A stretch of DNA of 33,407 nucleotides, taken from the NCBI GenBank assembly GCA_964362385.1, contig CAYIEH010000004.1:1-33407 (forward strand), given 5' to 3'. Under the pieces are notes generated by a model. The model was not told the origin of the DNA, did no database searches, and saw only the letters and a program-made list of their open reading frames with translations. Of this stretch, positions 23,644-31,431 are shown one piece after another. The stretch comes from an uncultured Candidatus Saccharibacteria bacterium. GTDB taxonomy: Bacteria; Patescibacteriota; Minisyncoccia; UBA6257; UBA9933. Each line of letters begins with the position of its first letter. The first letter of the stretch is position 1. Position numbers and translations under genes: made by a program.

Positions 23644-23691
23644 TAAATAAGTATAGCTTGAAAAATAATTTATTTCAAAAACAAGGCAATC

Positions 23692-23717
23692 AAAAACCGC
23701 CCTTTCGGGCGGTTTTT
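23692..23717. terminator. hairpin AAAAACCGCCC-TTTC-GGGCGGTTTTT downstream of rpsJ
   Basis: 11-bp stem including GC core, with flanking A/T tracts on both sides (bidirectional form). Confidence 0.6.
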
Positions 23718-23722
23718 GATTC

Positions 23723-23762
23723 ATCTGCGTCAATCTGCGTCTTATCCGCGTAAATCCGCGTC
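23723..23762. repeat. four ~10-bp-phased copies of ATCYGCGTM
   Basis: ATCTGCGTC (23723), ATCTGCGTC (23733), ATCCGCGTA (23744), ATCCGCGTC (23754), between the rpsJ stop and its terminator. Confidence 0.6.
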
Positions 23763-23766
23763 TTGG

Positions 23767-24099
23767 TTATTTCATCTTAATCTCAATATCAACTCCTGAC
23801 GGCAAATTAAGGCTGCTTAATGATTCAATAATTTTTTGGCTGGGATTTAAAATATCTATCAAACGGTTATGTATTCTTAATTCAAACTGCTCGCGGGAAT
23901 CCTTGTGGACGAAAGTTGAGCGATTAACCGTATAACGCTTGAATTGAGTGGGCAAAGGTATCGGACCGACAATTTCGGCGCCGTTCCTTATTACCGTTTC
24001 AATAATTTGTTTAACGGAATTGTCAATCAACTTATGGTCGTAGGATTTTACCCGCAACCGCAATTTAGGTTGTTTTTCTTCCTTTGCCTTTTTTGCCAT
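23767..24099 (-). CDS. rpsJ: 30S ribosomal protein S10
   Basis: LRLRVKSYDHKLIDNSVKQIIETV ... PLPTQFKRYTVNRS. Confidence 0.9.
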   Translation of the reverse strand: MAKKAKEEKQPKLRLRVKSYDHKLIDNSVKQIIETVIRNGAEIVGPIPLPTQFKRYTVNRSTFVHKDSREQFELRIHNRLIDILNPSQKIIESLSSLNLPSGVDIEIKMK

Positions 24100-24122
24100 A
24101 TCAAAGAGCTGGATTAAATTAA

Positions 24123-25322
24123 TTACTTCAGAATTTTAGTAACCACGCCGGCGCCGACAGTCTTTCCTCCTTCACGGATGGCAAAACGCTGTTTTTCTTC
24201 CAAAGCTACCGGCGCTATCAATTTAATAACCAAATTTATGGTGTCTCCGGGCATAACCATTTCCATGCCCTGGGGAAGTTCAACTTCTCCGGTGACATCG
24301 GTAGTTCTGATGTAAAACTGAGGCTTGTATCCTTTAAAGGATGGGGTGTGGCGGCCGCCTTCTTCTTTGGTTAAAATGTAGACCTCGGCTTCAAATTCGG
24401 TATGAGGAGTAACGCTGCCCGGCTTGGCGATAACCTGACCCCTTTCAACGTCTTCTTTTTTAAGGCCTCTTAAAAGAATTCCCACGTTGTCGCCGGCCCG
24501 TCCTTCATCTAAAAGTTTATTGAACATTTCAATGCCGGTAACAACTGTTTTTTGGTTTGGCCGAATGCCGATAATTTCAATTTCTTCGTTGACTTTGACG
24601 ATTCCCCTCTCAACGCGTCCGGTGACAACAGTACCCCGACCTTCAATTGAAAAAATGTCTTCAACCGGCATTAAGAACGGCTTATCAATTTCTCTTACCG
24701 GTTCAATCAGATATTCATCCAAAGCTTTAATAAGATCTAAAATCGGCTTAATAGCTTCATCATCGACTGATTTCGCTTCCAATGCCTTCAGAGCCGAACC
24801 TCTGATAATAGGAGTTTCATCGCCCGGAAATTTATATTTCTTTAATAACTCTCTTACTTCCGCTTCAACCAAGTCAATAAGTTCCGGGTCGTCAACCATA
24901 TCCACTTTATTAAGAAACACGACAACGTTCGGTACGCCTACCTGACGAGCTAAAAGAATGTGCTCTCTGGTCTGAGGCATAGGACCGTCTGTCGCCGCGA
25001 CTACCAGAATTGCGCCATCCATCTGGGCAGCGCCGGTAATCATATTCTTAATATAATCGGCGTGGCCAGGAGCATCAACGTGAGCGTAATGCCGTTTTTC
25101 CGATTCGTACTCCGAATGATGGAGGGCAATGGTAATGCCGCGGGCTTTTTCTTCCGGAGCATTATCAATCATATCGACTGTTTCTTCTTTTTTAATCAAC
25201 CCTTTAAGATGAAGAACGTGAGTGATGGCCGCAGTCAAAGTTGTTTTGCCATGGTCAACATGACCGATAGTACCTACGTTTAAGTGCGGTTTAGTCCGTT
25301 CAAATTTTTCTTTTTCCGCCAT
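24123..25322 (-). CDS. tuf: elongation factor Tu
   Basis: [25 protein letters not shown], full-length 399 aa. Confidence 0.95.
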   Translation of the reverse strand: MAEKEKFERTKPHLNVGTIGHVDHGKTTLTAAITHVLHLKGLIKKEETVDMIDNAPEEKARGITIALHHSEYESEKRHYAHVDAPGHADYIKNMITGAAQMDGAILVVAATDGPMPQTREHILLARQVGVPNVVVFLNKVDMVDDPELIDLVEAEVRELLKKYKFPGDETPIIRGSALKALEAKSVDDEAIKPILDLIKALDEYLIEPVREIDKPFLMPVEDIFSIEGRGTVVTGRVERGIVKVNEEIEIIGIRPNQKTVVTGIEMFNKLLDEGRAGDNVGILLRGLKKEDVERGQVIAKPGSVTPHTEFEAEVYILTKEEGGRHTPSFKGYKPQFYIRTTDVTGEVELPQGMEMVMPGDTINLVIKLIAPVALEEKQRFAIREGGKTVGAGVVTKILK

Positions 25323-25401
25323 ACTTTTATTTAAATTTATTTTCGCCGGAAGCTAAAAACTTTTGTTGTTAGTATTCAGGCTTAATTTTAACGACTTTTT
25401 G

Positions 25402-25539
25402 CCCAGTTAGTACAACCGCGACTGCAATTTATCTTTTTAACTCGTCGCCATTGTTTCTATTTGAGCTTTTTAATATTTAATATTTTTCAGCGGACAATTT
25501 TGATAAATTGGGTTAAAATATCGCGGTTGTCCTACTGGG
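25402..25539. repeat. 138-nt inverted-repeat-bounded element upstream of tuf
   Basis: Arms CCCAGTTAGTACAACCGCGA (25402-25421) and TCGCGGTTGTCCTACTGGG (25521-25539). Arm sequence and overall length resemble the element in the smpB 5' region. Confidence 0.5.
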
Positions 25540-25569
25540 TTTGATCTTATATTATTTATTGATAATTAG

Positions 25570-25661
25570 TCAACCCCGTTAGAAGTGCGGCATAATTTTC
25601 ATAAAAAACACAAGTTTAAGGCAATAGCATAATCTCTGCAACACTTCTAACGAGGGTTTGA
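25570..25661. repeat. repeat family A copy (short form, inverted relative to the 31-kb copies)
   Basis: CCCCGTTAGAAGTGCGGCATAATTT ... GCAATAGCATAATCT..CACTTCTAACGAGG. Both sub-terminal segments match the copies at 31040-31393 in reverse complement. Confidence 0.7.
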
Positions 25662-25673
25662 TTGTCGGTTGGT

Positions 25674-26021
25674 TTATACAAATTCAATAATTGCGGTCTT
25701 ACTGCTGTCTCTTTTTTTTGTCAAACCTTTTATAATTCTTAAATATCCGCCGCGGCGATCTTTATAACGCGGGGCGATTGTATAAAATAATTTTTCCGCT
25801 GATTTTTTCGGCAATCTTGAAAAAAGCAGTCTCAAACTTGGTAAATTTTGTTTTTTGGCGAGTGTTATCAGTTTTTCAACTTGCGATTTCGTCTCTTTCG
25901 CTTTTGCTTCCGTTGTGAGTATTTTCCCTTCTAAAATCAGATTGTTTGCTAAAATTTTTAAAAGAGACTTCCTTTGCCCTTTCTTTCTATGAAATTTTCT
26001 TCCTTTTTTAAGATGGCGCAT
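25674..26021 (-). CDS. rplQ: 50S ribosomal protein L17
   Basis: MRHLKKGRKFHRKKGQRKSLL ... GGYLRIIK. Confidence 0.9.
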   Translation of the reverse strand: MRHLKKGRKFHRKKGQRKSLLKILANNLILEGKILTTEAKAKETKSQVEKLITLAKKQNLPSLRLLFSRLPKKSAEKLFYTIAPRYKDRRGGYLRIIKGLTKKRDSSKTAIIEFV

Positions 26022-26068
26022 GAAATTAGCTCGTTAGCTTATTAGCTCTTTAGCTAATAAGCTTTAAT

Positions 26069-26839
26069 TTACTTTTTTAAAGTTCTTTTCTTTTTCGCTT
26101 CTTTTTTAATTTCTTTAGTTTCCAATGATTTCTCCTCTTCCGCCGTAACTTCAACTAAAGAAATTTTTTCAAAGTGGTCCTTTAAAATATTGGCAGATTT
26201 ATGAAGAGCCGCCGACGGAGAAATGCTTCCGTCGGTTTCAAGAGTAACTGCCAGTCGGTTAAAGTCTGTTCTTTCGCCAACGCGCATATTTTCAATTATA
26301 AAATTAACCTTGGTAACCGGCGCAAAAATAGCGTCAATGGCAATGACGCCAACCGGAAGTTTTTCTGATTTGCGGCTTTCAACGGAAATATATCCCAACC
26401 CTTTCTCAACGGTCAATTCCATTTTTAGCTCCGCTTTTTTACTGGTTAAAGCGGCTATGTGGAGATCCGGATTGACGATTTCAACCTGCGCGTTGGTTTT
26501 TATATCGCCGGCTTTTACCTCTTTCTCTCCTTTAGCATCAAGAGTTAAAATTTGAGGTTCGTCGGCAAAAAATTTAAATCTAATCTTTTTTAGATTAAGG
26601 CAGATTTCAACAACATCTTCCAAAATTCCGTCAATAGTCGAGAATTCGTGCTTAACGCCGGTGATTTTTACTTGAGTAACGGCGGCGCCGGGAAGAGAAG
26701 AAAGAAGCGCGCGTCGAAGTGCGTTGCCGATAGTCAAGCCATAACCGGCAAAAAGTCCCTCAATTTCAAAAACACCTTCTGTCGGCGTTTCTGAAACTTT
26801 TTTAATTTTTACAGTTTCGCTTAATCTTGCGTATTCCAT
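26069..26839 (-). CDS. rpoA: DNA-directed RNA polymerase alpha subunit, N-terminal domain only
   Basis: GYGLTIGNALRRALLSSLPGAAVT, VTKVNFIIENMRVGERTDFNRL. The protein ends about 25 residues after the NTD in a Lys/Glu-rich tail (256 aa, against about 330 aa for typical alpha). Confidence 0.9.
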   Translation of the reverse strand: MEYARLSETVKIKKVSETPTEGVFEIEGLFAGYGLTIGNALRRALLSSLPGAAVTQVKITGVKHEFSTIDGILEDVVEICLNLKKIRFKFFADEPQILTLDAKGEKEVKAGDIKTNAQVEIVNPDLHIAALTSKKAELKMELTVEKGLGYISVESRKSEKLPVGVIAIDAIFAPVTKVNFIIENMRVGERTDFNRLAVTLETDGSISPSAALHKSANILKDHFEKISLVEVTAEEEKSLETKEIKKEAKKKRTLKK

Positions 26840-26917
26840 TGTATTCTTGAAACTTGAAACATAAATCTTAAAACATTTTATATTTATGTTCGGTGATTCA
26901 CGTTTTATGTTTTATGA

Positions 26918-27532
26918 TTACTTGCCGTAAAAATCGACGACCAAGTTTACATCAAACGGCGTTTCAATGTCTTGAGGCAAAGATTTGACCCTGCCTTCCA
27001 ATTTTTCTTTATCAATCATAAGCCAAGTCGGCGGTTCGTATTTTTTGATACTACTTGAAAGATCTTTAAAAATCAAGAGATTTAATGACGAAGGTTTAAT
27101 CGTTATTGCGTCGCCGACCTTAACCCGATAAGAAGGTATCGTTACTTTTTTTCCGTTCACCGCAATATGTCCGTGGCTTATATATTGTCTTGCGGTAATT
27201 CTTGACGGAGCAAATCCCAAACGAAATACGGCATTATCCAATCTTCTCTCCAGAAAAACAATAAGCGCGTTGGTTCCCGATTCTTTTTTAGCGGACGCTT
27301 CTTTAAAAACTTTTCTCATTTGAGTTTCGCGCAAACCATAGCTGAACATTATCTTTTGTTTCTCCAACAGCTGCTGGCCATACTCAGAAAGAGTTCCGCG
27401 CCTTTTCTTGCCGTGAATTCCCGGCCTGTAAGGACGCCTGACCATGACGCATTTCGGCGAATTACAACGCTCGCCTTTCAAAAAAAGTTTTGTGCCAAGC
27501 GATCTTTCTTTTTTTTCTAACGATTTTTTCAT
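26918..27532 (-). CDS. rpsD: 30S ribosomal protein S4
   Basis: [22 protein letters not shown]4 RNA-binding domain [34 protein letters not shown]. Confidence 0.9.
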   Translation of the reverse strand: MKKSLEKKERSLGTKLFLKGERCNSPKCVMVRRPYRPGIHGKKRRGTLSEYGQQLLEKQKIMFSYGLRETQMRKVFKEASAKKESGTNALIVFLERRLDNAVFRLGFAPSRITARQYISHGHIAVNGKKVTIPSYRVKVGDAITIKPSSLNLLIFKDLSSSIKKYEPPTWLMIDKEKLEGRVKSLPQDIETPFDVNLVVDFYGK

Positions 27533-27573
27533 AAATTTATGAGTTTAAAATGAAATAAATTTTTCTAAAAATC

Positions 27574-27622
27574 GAGCACCCCGTCTGAGTTTTTGCTTCG
27601 CAAAAATTTTGGCGGGGTGCTC
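27574..27622 (-). terminator. long hairpin plus T-tract between rpsK and rpsD (attenuator/terminator-like)
   Basis: GAGCACCCCG/CGGGGTGCTC outer stem with inner TTTTTGC/GCAAAAA stem, followed on the minus strand by GATTTTTAG. Confidence 0.45.
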
Positions 27623-27631
27623 CGCGTTTTA

Positions 27632-28087
27632 TTAAACGCGTCGAACCTTTTTGGGCCGAGGACCATTATGAGGAATCGGCGTTTCGTCTTTAATTGAAAT
27701 AATATTAAACCCTTGATTGGCAAGCGACCTAATCGCAGAATCTCTGCCTGTTCCCACTCCTTTAACGACAATTTCTATTTCATTAATGCCGTTCTTTTTC
27801 ATTTTCTCGGCTAAAGCCGCCACAGCCTTGGAAGCGGCAAAGGGAGTCGCCTTTTTGGGGCCGGAAAATCCCAGGCTTCCGGCAGAAACCCATGCGATAA
27901 CATCGCCTTTTTTATCGGCTGCGGTTATAAGCGTATTATTATAGGAAGCGTTAATATAAACCCTTCCGGATTCTGTCTTTTTTAAGGCGCTTGGCTTGGC
28001 AGCTGCCTTAGATATTGTTTTCTCCAGGGTTTCTCCTTCTTTTAAAACTTCTTCTTCAGTTTTTTGAATAACTTTTTTCTTACCCAT
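27632..28087 (-). CDS. rpsK: 30S ribosomal protein S11
   Basis: GRVYINASYNNTLITAADKKGDVIAWVSAGSLGF ... GPRPKKVRRV. Start set at MGKKK (28087). Confidence 0.9.
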   Translation of the reverse strand: MGKKKVIQKTEEEVLKEGETLEKTISKAAAKPSALKKTESGRVYINASYNNTLITAADKKGDVIAWVSAGSLGFSGPKKATPFAASKAVAALAEKMKKNGINEIEIVVKGVGTGRDSAIRSLANQGFNIISIKDETPIPHNGPRPKKVRRV

Positions 28088-28251
28088 GCCAATTTTATTT
28101 GCGAACAAAGCGAGTAATTATAAAATTGAGCACCCCGCCTTCTATGCTTGCGGCCTTTGTTATAACTTTATTTAATTGTTTAATCATTTTATTCATATTT
28201 TTGCTTTATGCCTCGCGCTTAGAAGGCGGGGTTTCGCTGAAATAATTTTAA

Positions 28252-28641
28252 TTATTTCAGCTCAACTTTTCTCTTTCCGCTTCCGACGGTTTTTCTATTT
28301 TGTCCGCTACCGCGCGCAGTCCGGGAATTTGTCTTTGTTCTCTGGCCCCTTACCGGCAATTTCCTTAAATGCCTTGCTCCTCTGTAAGATTGTATTTCTT
28401 TTAAACGGCCAATGTTTGTTCTGATTAGCTGCCGAAGTTCGCCCTCAACTTTATGATTCTTTTCAATAAAGTCCTGTATTTTCTTTAACTCTTCGGAGGT
28501 TAAATCTTTTGTTTTTTTATTTTGATCAATCTTAATTCCGGACAAAATACGACCGGCCGAAACACGGCCAATGCCGTAAACATGTGTCAAAGCAATATCT
28601 ATTCTTTTATTATCCGGAATATTTACGCCGATTAATCGCAT
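28252..28641 (-). CDS. rpsM: 30S ribosomal protein S13
   Basis: MRLIGVNIPDNKRIDIALTHVYGIGRVSA ... YRGARHLRKLPVRGQRTKTN. Confidence 0.9.
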   Translation of the reverse strand: MRLIGVNIPDNKRIDIALTHVYGIGRVSAGRILSGIKIDQNKKTKDLTSEELKKIQDFIEKNHKVEGELRQLIRTNIGRLKEIQSYRGARHLRKLPVRGQRTKTNSRTARGSGQNRKTVGSGKRKVELK

Positions 28642-28816
28642 ACTATATTAAAATTCGAAATCCGAATGTCGAAATTCGAAACAATATTAAAATCCAAATG
28701 TTTTAAATTCAAAACGTTTTGAATTTTATATTTTAGTAATTAGAAATTGTTGACCCTAACGGGGAGTTTTCAACAACGGATTTCTGATTTCGTGCTTCGG
28801 ATTTGAAGTTAGTCCT

Positions 28817-28933
28817 TTATCCTTGCCTTTGCTTATGTTTTGGATTTTTTTTGCAAATAATATAAGTTCGGCCCGTGCGGCGAACATTTTTGCAATCTTT
28901 ACAAATTTTTTTGACCACTGAACGTACTTTCAT
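28817..28933 (-). CDS. rpmJ: 50S ribosomal protein L36
   Basis: Hand-translated 38 aa: [38 protein letters not shown]. Lies between infA and rpsM as expected. Below the ORF-track cutoff. Confidence 0.85.
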   Translation of the reverse strand: MKVRSVVKKICKDCKNVRRTGRTYIICKKNPKHKQRQG

Positions 28934-28934
28934 G

Positions 28935-29049
28935 TTAAAAATTTAAAATGTAAAAGTTATTTATATTTAAAATGATTTTTTATTGATTCATTTTTAAACT
29001 TTACATTGTCATTTTGATTTTTGATTTTTTAATTTTACATTTATTCTAT
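28935..29049. repeat. cargo-less palindromic copy of the inverted repeats that flank the four-helix-bundle gene
   Basis: 28988-29016 is the exact reverse complement of 32997-33025 (29 nt, including the first codons of the four-helix-bundle ORF). 28988-29040 also parallels 33366-33407. Confidence 0.6.
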
Positions 29050-29268
29050 CTATAATCTGCGAACTATCCTTCCTCTTTTGCCGTCAGGGCTAAGTTCCAA
29101 TAAAACCGAATCTCCCGGCATAATCTTAATATAATATAATCTCATTTTGCCTGATAAATACGCTAAAATTTCTTCTCCGTTTTCAAGCCGGATTTTAAAA
29201 GTTGTCGCCGGCAACGCCTCGACAACTATTCCCTTAATAATCGGCTTCTTGGATTCTTTTCCTGACAT
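29050..29268 (-). CDS. infA: translation initiation factor IF-1
   Basis: IKGIVVEALPATTFKIRLENGEEILAYLSGKMRLYYIKIMPGDSVLLELSP. Confidence 0.9.
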   Translation of the reverse strand: MSGKESKKPIIKGIVVEALPATTFKIRLENGEEILAYLSGKMRLYYIKIMPGDSVLLELSPDGKRGRIVRRL

Positions 29269-29278
29269 GTAAGGATAT

Positions 29279-29307
29279 ATATTAAACTAAGAAAATAAAG
29301 AGGTCAA
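29279..29307 (-). promoter_or_regulatory. promoter-like TTGACC-17-TAATAT, 10 nt before the infA ATG
   Basis: Minus strand: -35 at 29307-29302, -10 at 29284-29279. No SD. Confidence 0.35.
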
Positions 29308-29611
29308 CCCCCGTCACTAAAGAAAGACGGGTATCCCCAACGAAGCCGTATTATAACCTAATCAGCTTATCCGACTAAAAATATAAAGTTGCTTAGGTAT
29401 ATCACGGAATACAAAAGCTTCGCGGTCTCTCTTTTAGTGCGGGGTCAACCCCCGTTAGGCAATTAGCGCCGCAAGAATTATAAACGTTGCCATGGCACAT
29501 GACAACGCGCAATTCTGTCCTTCAACAAACTAGGATGTTTTGAAGAATGCTGAGCAAAGTCAAAGCAAGTGAAGTCAAAAGACTAGTCCTGAGTAAAGCC
29601 GAAAGATTAGA

Positions 29612-31006
29612 TTATTCAACTTCAATTTTTACTCTTTTCGGATCCTTGGGAATGTTTGACACCCAGAAAGGCCAAAAGGATATGTCCGCTTTTTCTATGG
29701 CTGACGAGGAAAATATGAAAGTTTTTAAATCTTCGTTGGTTTTGCCTAAAATTTTATTTTTAAAATCATCCGCGTCCACCGGTTTCCAAAAATTGCCTTT
29801 AAAATTAACGGGTAAAACAGCAAGTTTGGTTTTTTGGTCAGTCCCTATCTTATCGTAAGCAAGCTCGTATTTTTTAATCTGAAAATCGGGGCCAATGACC
29901 TGTCGCGCGAGCTCAGACATCAACTTTAAAAGCTGTTCTTCTTTAAAGACCTGAGCGGAACTTTCAGCTTCTATAAATATTGAAAAATTACCAGACTCGT
30001 CGGTGTTCTTATTGATAACCTCTTTTAAAATATTAAACTGCTTTGTTTCTTCGATAACCTTAAAACTCTCCATGGCAATTTGAGAATAAAGGAAAGAGTT
30101 GATAATGTCTTTTATTTGATTTTCGGAGTTTTCCTTGGCTTTCTTGATATCGTTGTCAGTTGGATAAGCGGCTTCACCCACAAAACCGCCCGTCATCGGA
30201 TTCTGAGAGCTGCCGTAAAACTTTTCGTATTTTTTGGGCTTGTCTTTAAACCCAGGAATGGTAAATCTACTCACCGGACTGATGTTGTATGCCTCTCCCG
30301 GCTTATCGGCGATAACCTCGCCATCAATGCTTGAAGCGACTATTTTGCCGGATTCTATCGTGGCGCCGGGAACGGTAGTTGAAGCTTTTAGATGAAAAAT
30401 TTTCCCGTCAGGCGCTTCAAAACGGGTATTCGCGACCAACTTCTGCGGATCAGAACTATATTCGTTGTAAATAGTGATTTTACCCGAGGCTTTCCTTTCA
30501 ATGTATTTTTTGCCGGTTGCCGGCCAATTAAAAGTGGAATTCTTTTTTTGGGAAAATATGACAGCTGGAATTTGCCTGTTCACAACGTCAATGTCGGCAA
30601 TTTTTGAATTTATCCGCACCGGATTGCTGTAATCCCAATCCGCTTTTTTGGCGGTGATTTTTATTTCCGCTTTCGGCAAAATATTTATTGCCAAATATCC
30701 AAAACCTCCCAATAAAACAAAAATTAAAATCAGCCAAAAATAAAATTTAAAAGATTTTTTCTTTTTGGGGCGATCGCGATCTTCTTTGTGATGAACAATT
30801 TTGCTCTCTTTGTGAAGAATAGAAACCGGTTCCTGGATAATTTCTTTTTCTTCCGGAATTTCTAAAATGCGGGGTCTTTCTTTTTGCTCCGCCTTAAATA
30901 AACGTCTTTCTTTCGGTTGATCTTGATGAAGAAAGCTTTCGCGCGATTCTTCGGATTTTTTTATAATGTCAATAACTTTCTTTTTATTGGATTGCGGACC
31001 GTTCAT
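29612..31006 (-). CDS. single-pass membrane protein with large extracytoplasmic domain, hypothetical
   Basis: Charged K/E-rich N-terminus, one TM (FYFWLILIFVLLGGFGYLAINIL), ~350-aa beta-rich-looking ectodomain. From memory it vaguely resembles CPR proteins annotated as baseplate-J-like; low confidence. Confidence 0.55.
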   Translation of the reverse strand: MNGPQSNKKKVIDIIKKSEESRESFLHQDQPKERRLFKAEQKERPRILEIPEEKEIIQEPVSILHKESKIVHHKEDRDRPKKKKSFKFYFWLILIFVLLGGFGYLAINILPKAEIKITAKKADWDYSNPVRINSKIADIDVVNRQIPAVIFSQKKNSTFNWPATGKKYIERKASGKITIYNEYSSDPQKLVANTRFEAPDGKIFHLKASTTVPGATIESGKIVASSIDGEVIADKPGEAYNISPVSRFTIPGFKDKPKKYEKFYGSSQNPMTGGFVGEAAYPTDNDIKKAKENSENQIKDIINSFLYSQIAMESFKVIEETKQFNILKEVINKNTDESGNFSIFIEAESSAQVFKEEQLLKLMSELARQVIGPDFQIKKYELAYDKIGTDQKTKLAVLPVNFKGNFWKPVDADDFKNKILGKTNEDLKTFIFSSSAIEKADISFWPFWVSNIPKDPKRVKIEVE

Positions 31007-31039
31007 ATTTTATTATAATGACAGATTAACTCGGATTGT

Positions 31040-31164
31040 TCAACCCCGTTAGAAATGTTCCAAAGATTATGCTATAGCATTATTTAAAGCTGACCCGCTT
31101 CGCCAGCGAAGCGGGTCAGCTTTAAAAATTGTTTTACAAAAATTATGCCGCACTTCTAACGGGG
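31040..31164. repeat. repeat family A copy with internal perfect 18-bp hairpin
   Basis: TIRs CCCCGTTAGAAATG (31044-31057) / CACTTCTAACGGGG (31151-31164). Hairpin AAAGCTGACCCGCTTCGC..GCGAAGCGGGTCAGCTTT at 31086-31123. Confidence 0.75.
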
Positions 31165-31222
31165 CAAGTAAACTTTAATGGCGAATTTTTAAATTTTAAA
31201 TTAAAATAAAGGTGCGGTTGCG

Positions 31223-31393
31223 AACCCCGTTAGAAGTGTTCCAAAGATTATGCTATTGCATCGCATATAGCCGACCCGCTTCGCCAAAGCTCCCGCTTCG
31301 CCAGTGAAGCGAGGCGAGTCAGCGAGGCGAAGCAGGCGGCTTTCGCCTTTAAATATTGAAATATCATTAAATTATGCCGCACTTCTAACGGGG
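31223..31393. repeat. repeat family A copy carrying a nested GC-rich family B segment (31270-31347)
   Basis: TIRs CCCCGTTAGAAGTG (31225-31238) / CACTTCTAACGGGG (31380-31393). Sub-terminal sequence is near-identical to the copy at 31040-31164. Confidence 0.75.
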
Positions 31394-31431
31394 CGAATCC
31401 TTTGATAACGCTCGGAATCAAAAAATACTCC

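Noticed and set aside
23644-23733. 30-codon N-terminal extension of the Nudix ORF
   Set aside because: It reads through the rpsJ terminator hairpin and part of the phased repeat array. The Nudix fold begins at MPREISAGIIIY.
24487-25283. Plus-strand ORFs (152 aa and 107 aa) inside tuf, and similar antisense ORFs inside the PRTase gene, pyrF, rpoA, hisS, ychF, argS, the LCP gene and the 464-aa membrane protein gene
   Set aside because: These are shadow ORFs on the strand opposite strongly supported genes. They have low-complexity, biased composition and no start signals.
29547-29858. 103-aa plus-strand ORF
   Set aside because: It overlaps the 3' part of the well-supported 464-aa minus-strand gene and the repeat-rich spacer. 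No SD or homology-like features.
31040-31393. CRISPR array
   Set aside because: The repeats are inverted termini of palindromic elements, not regularly spaced direct repeats with unique spacers. No cas genes are present.
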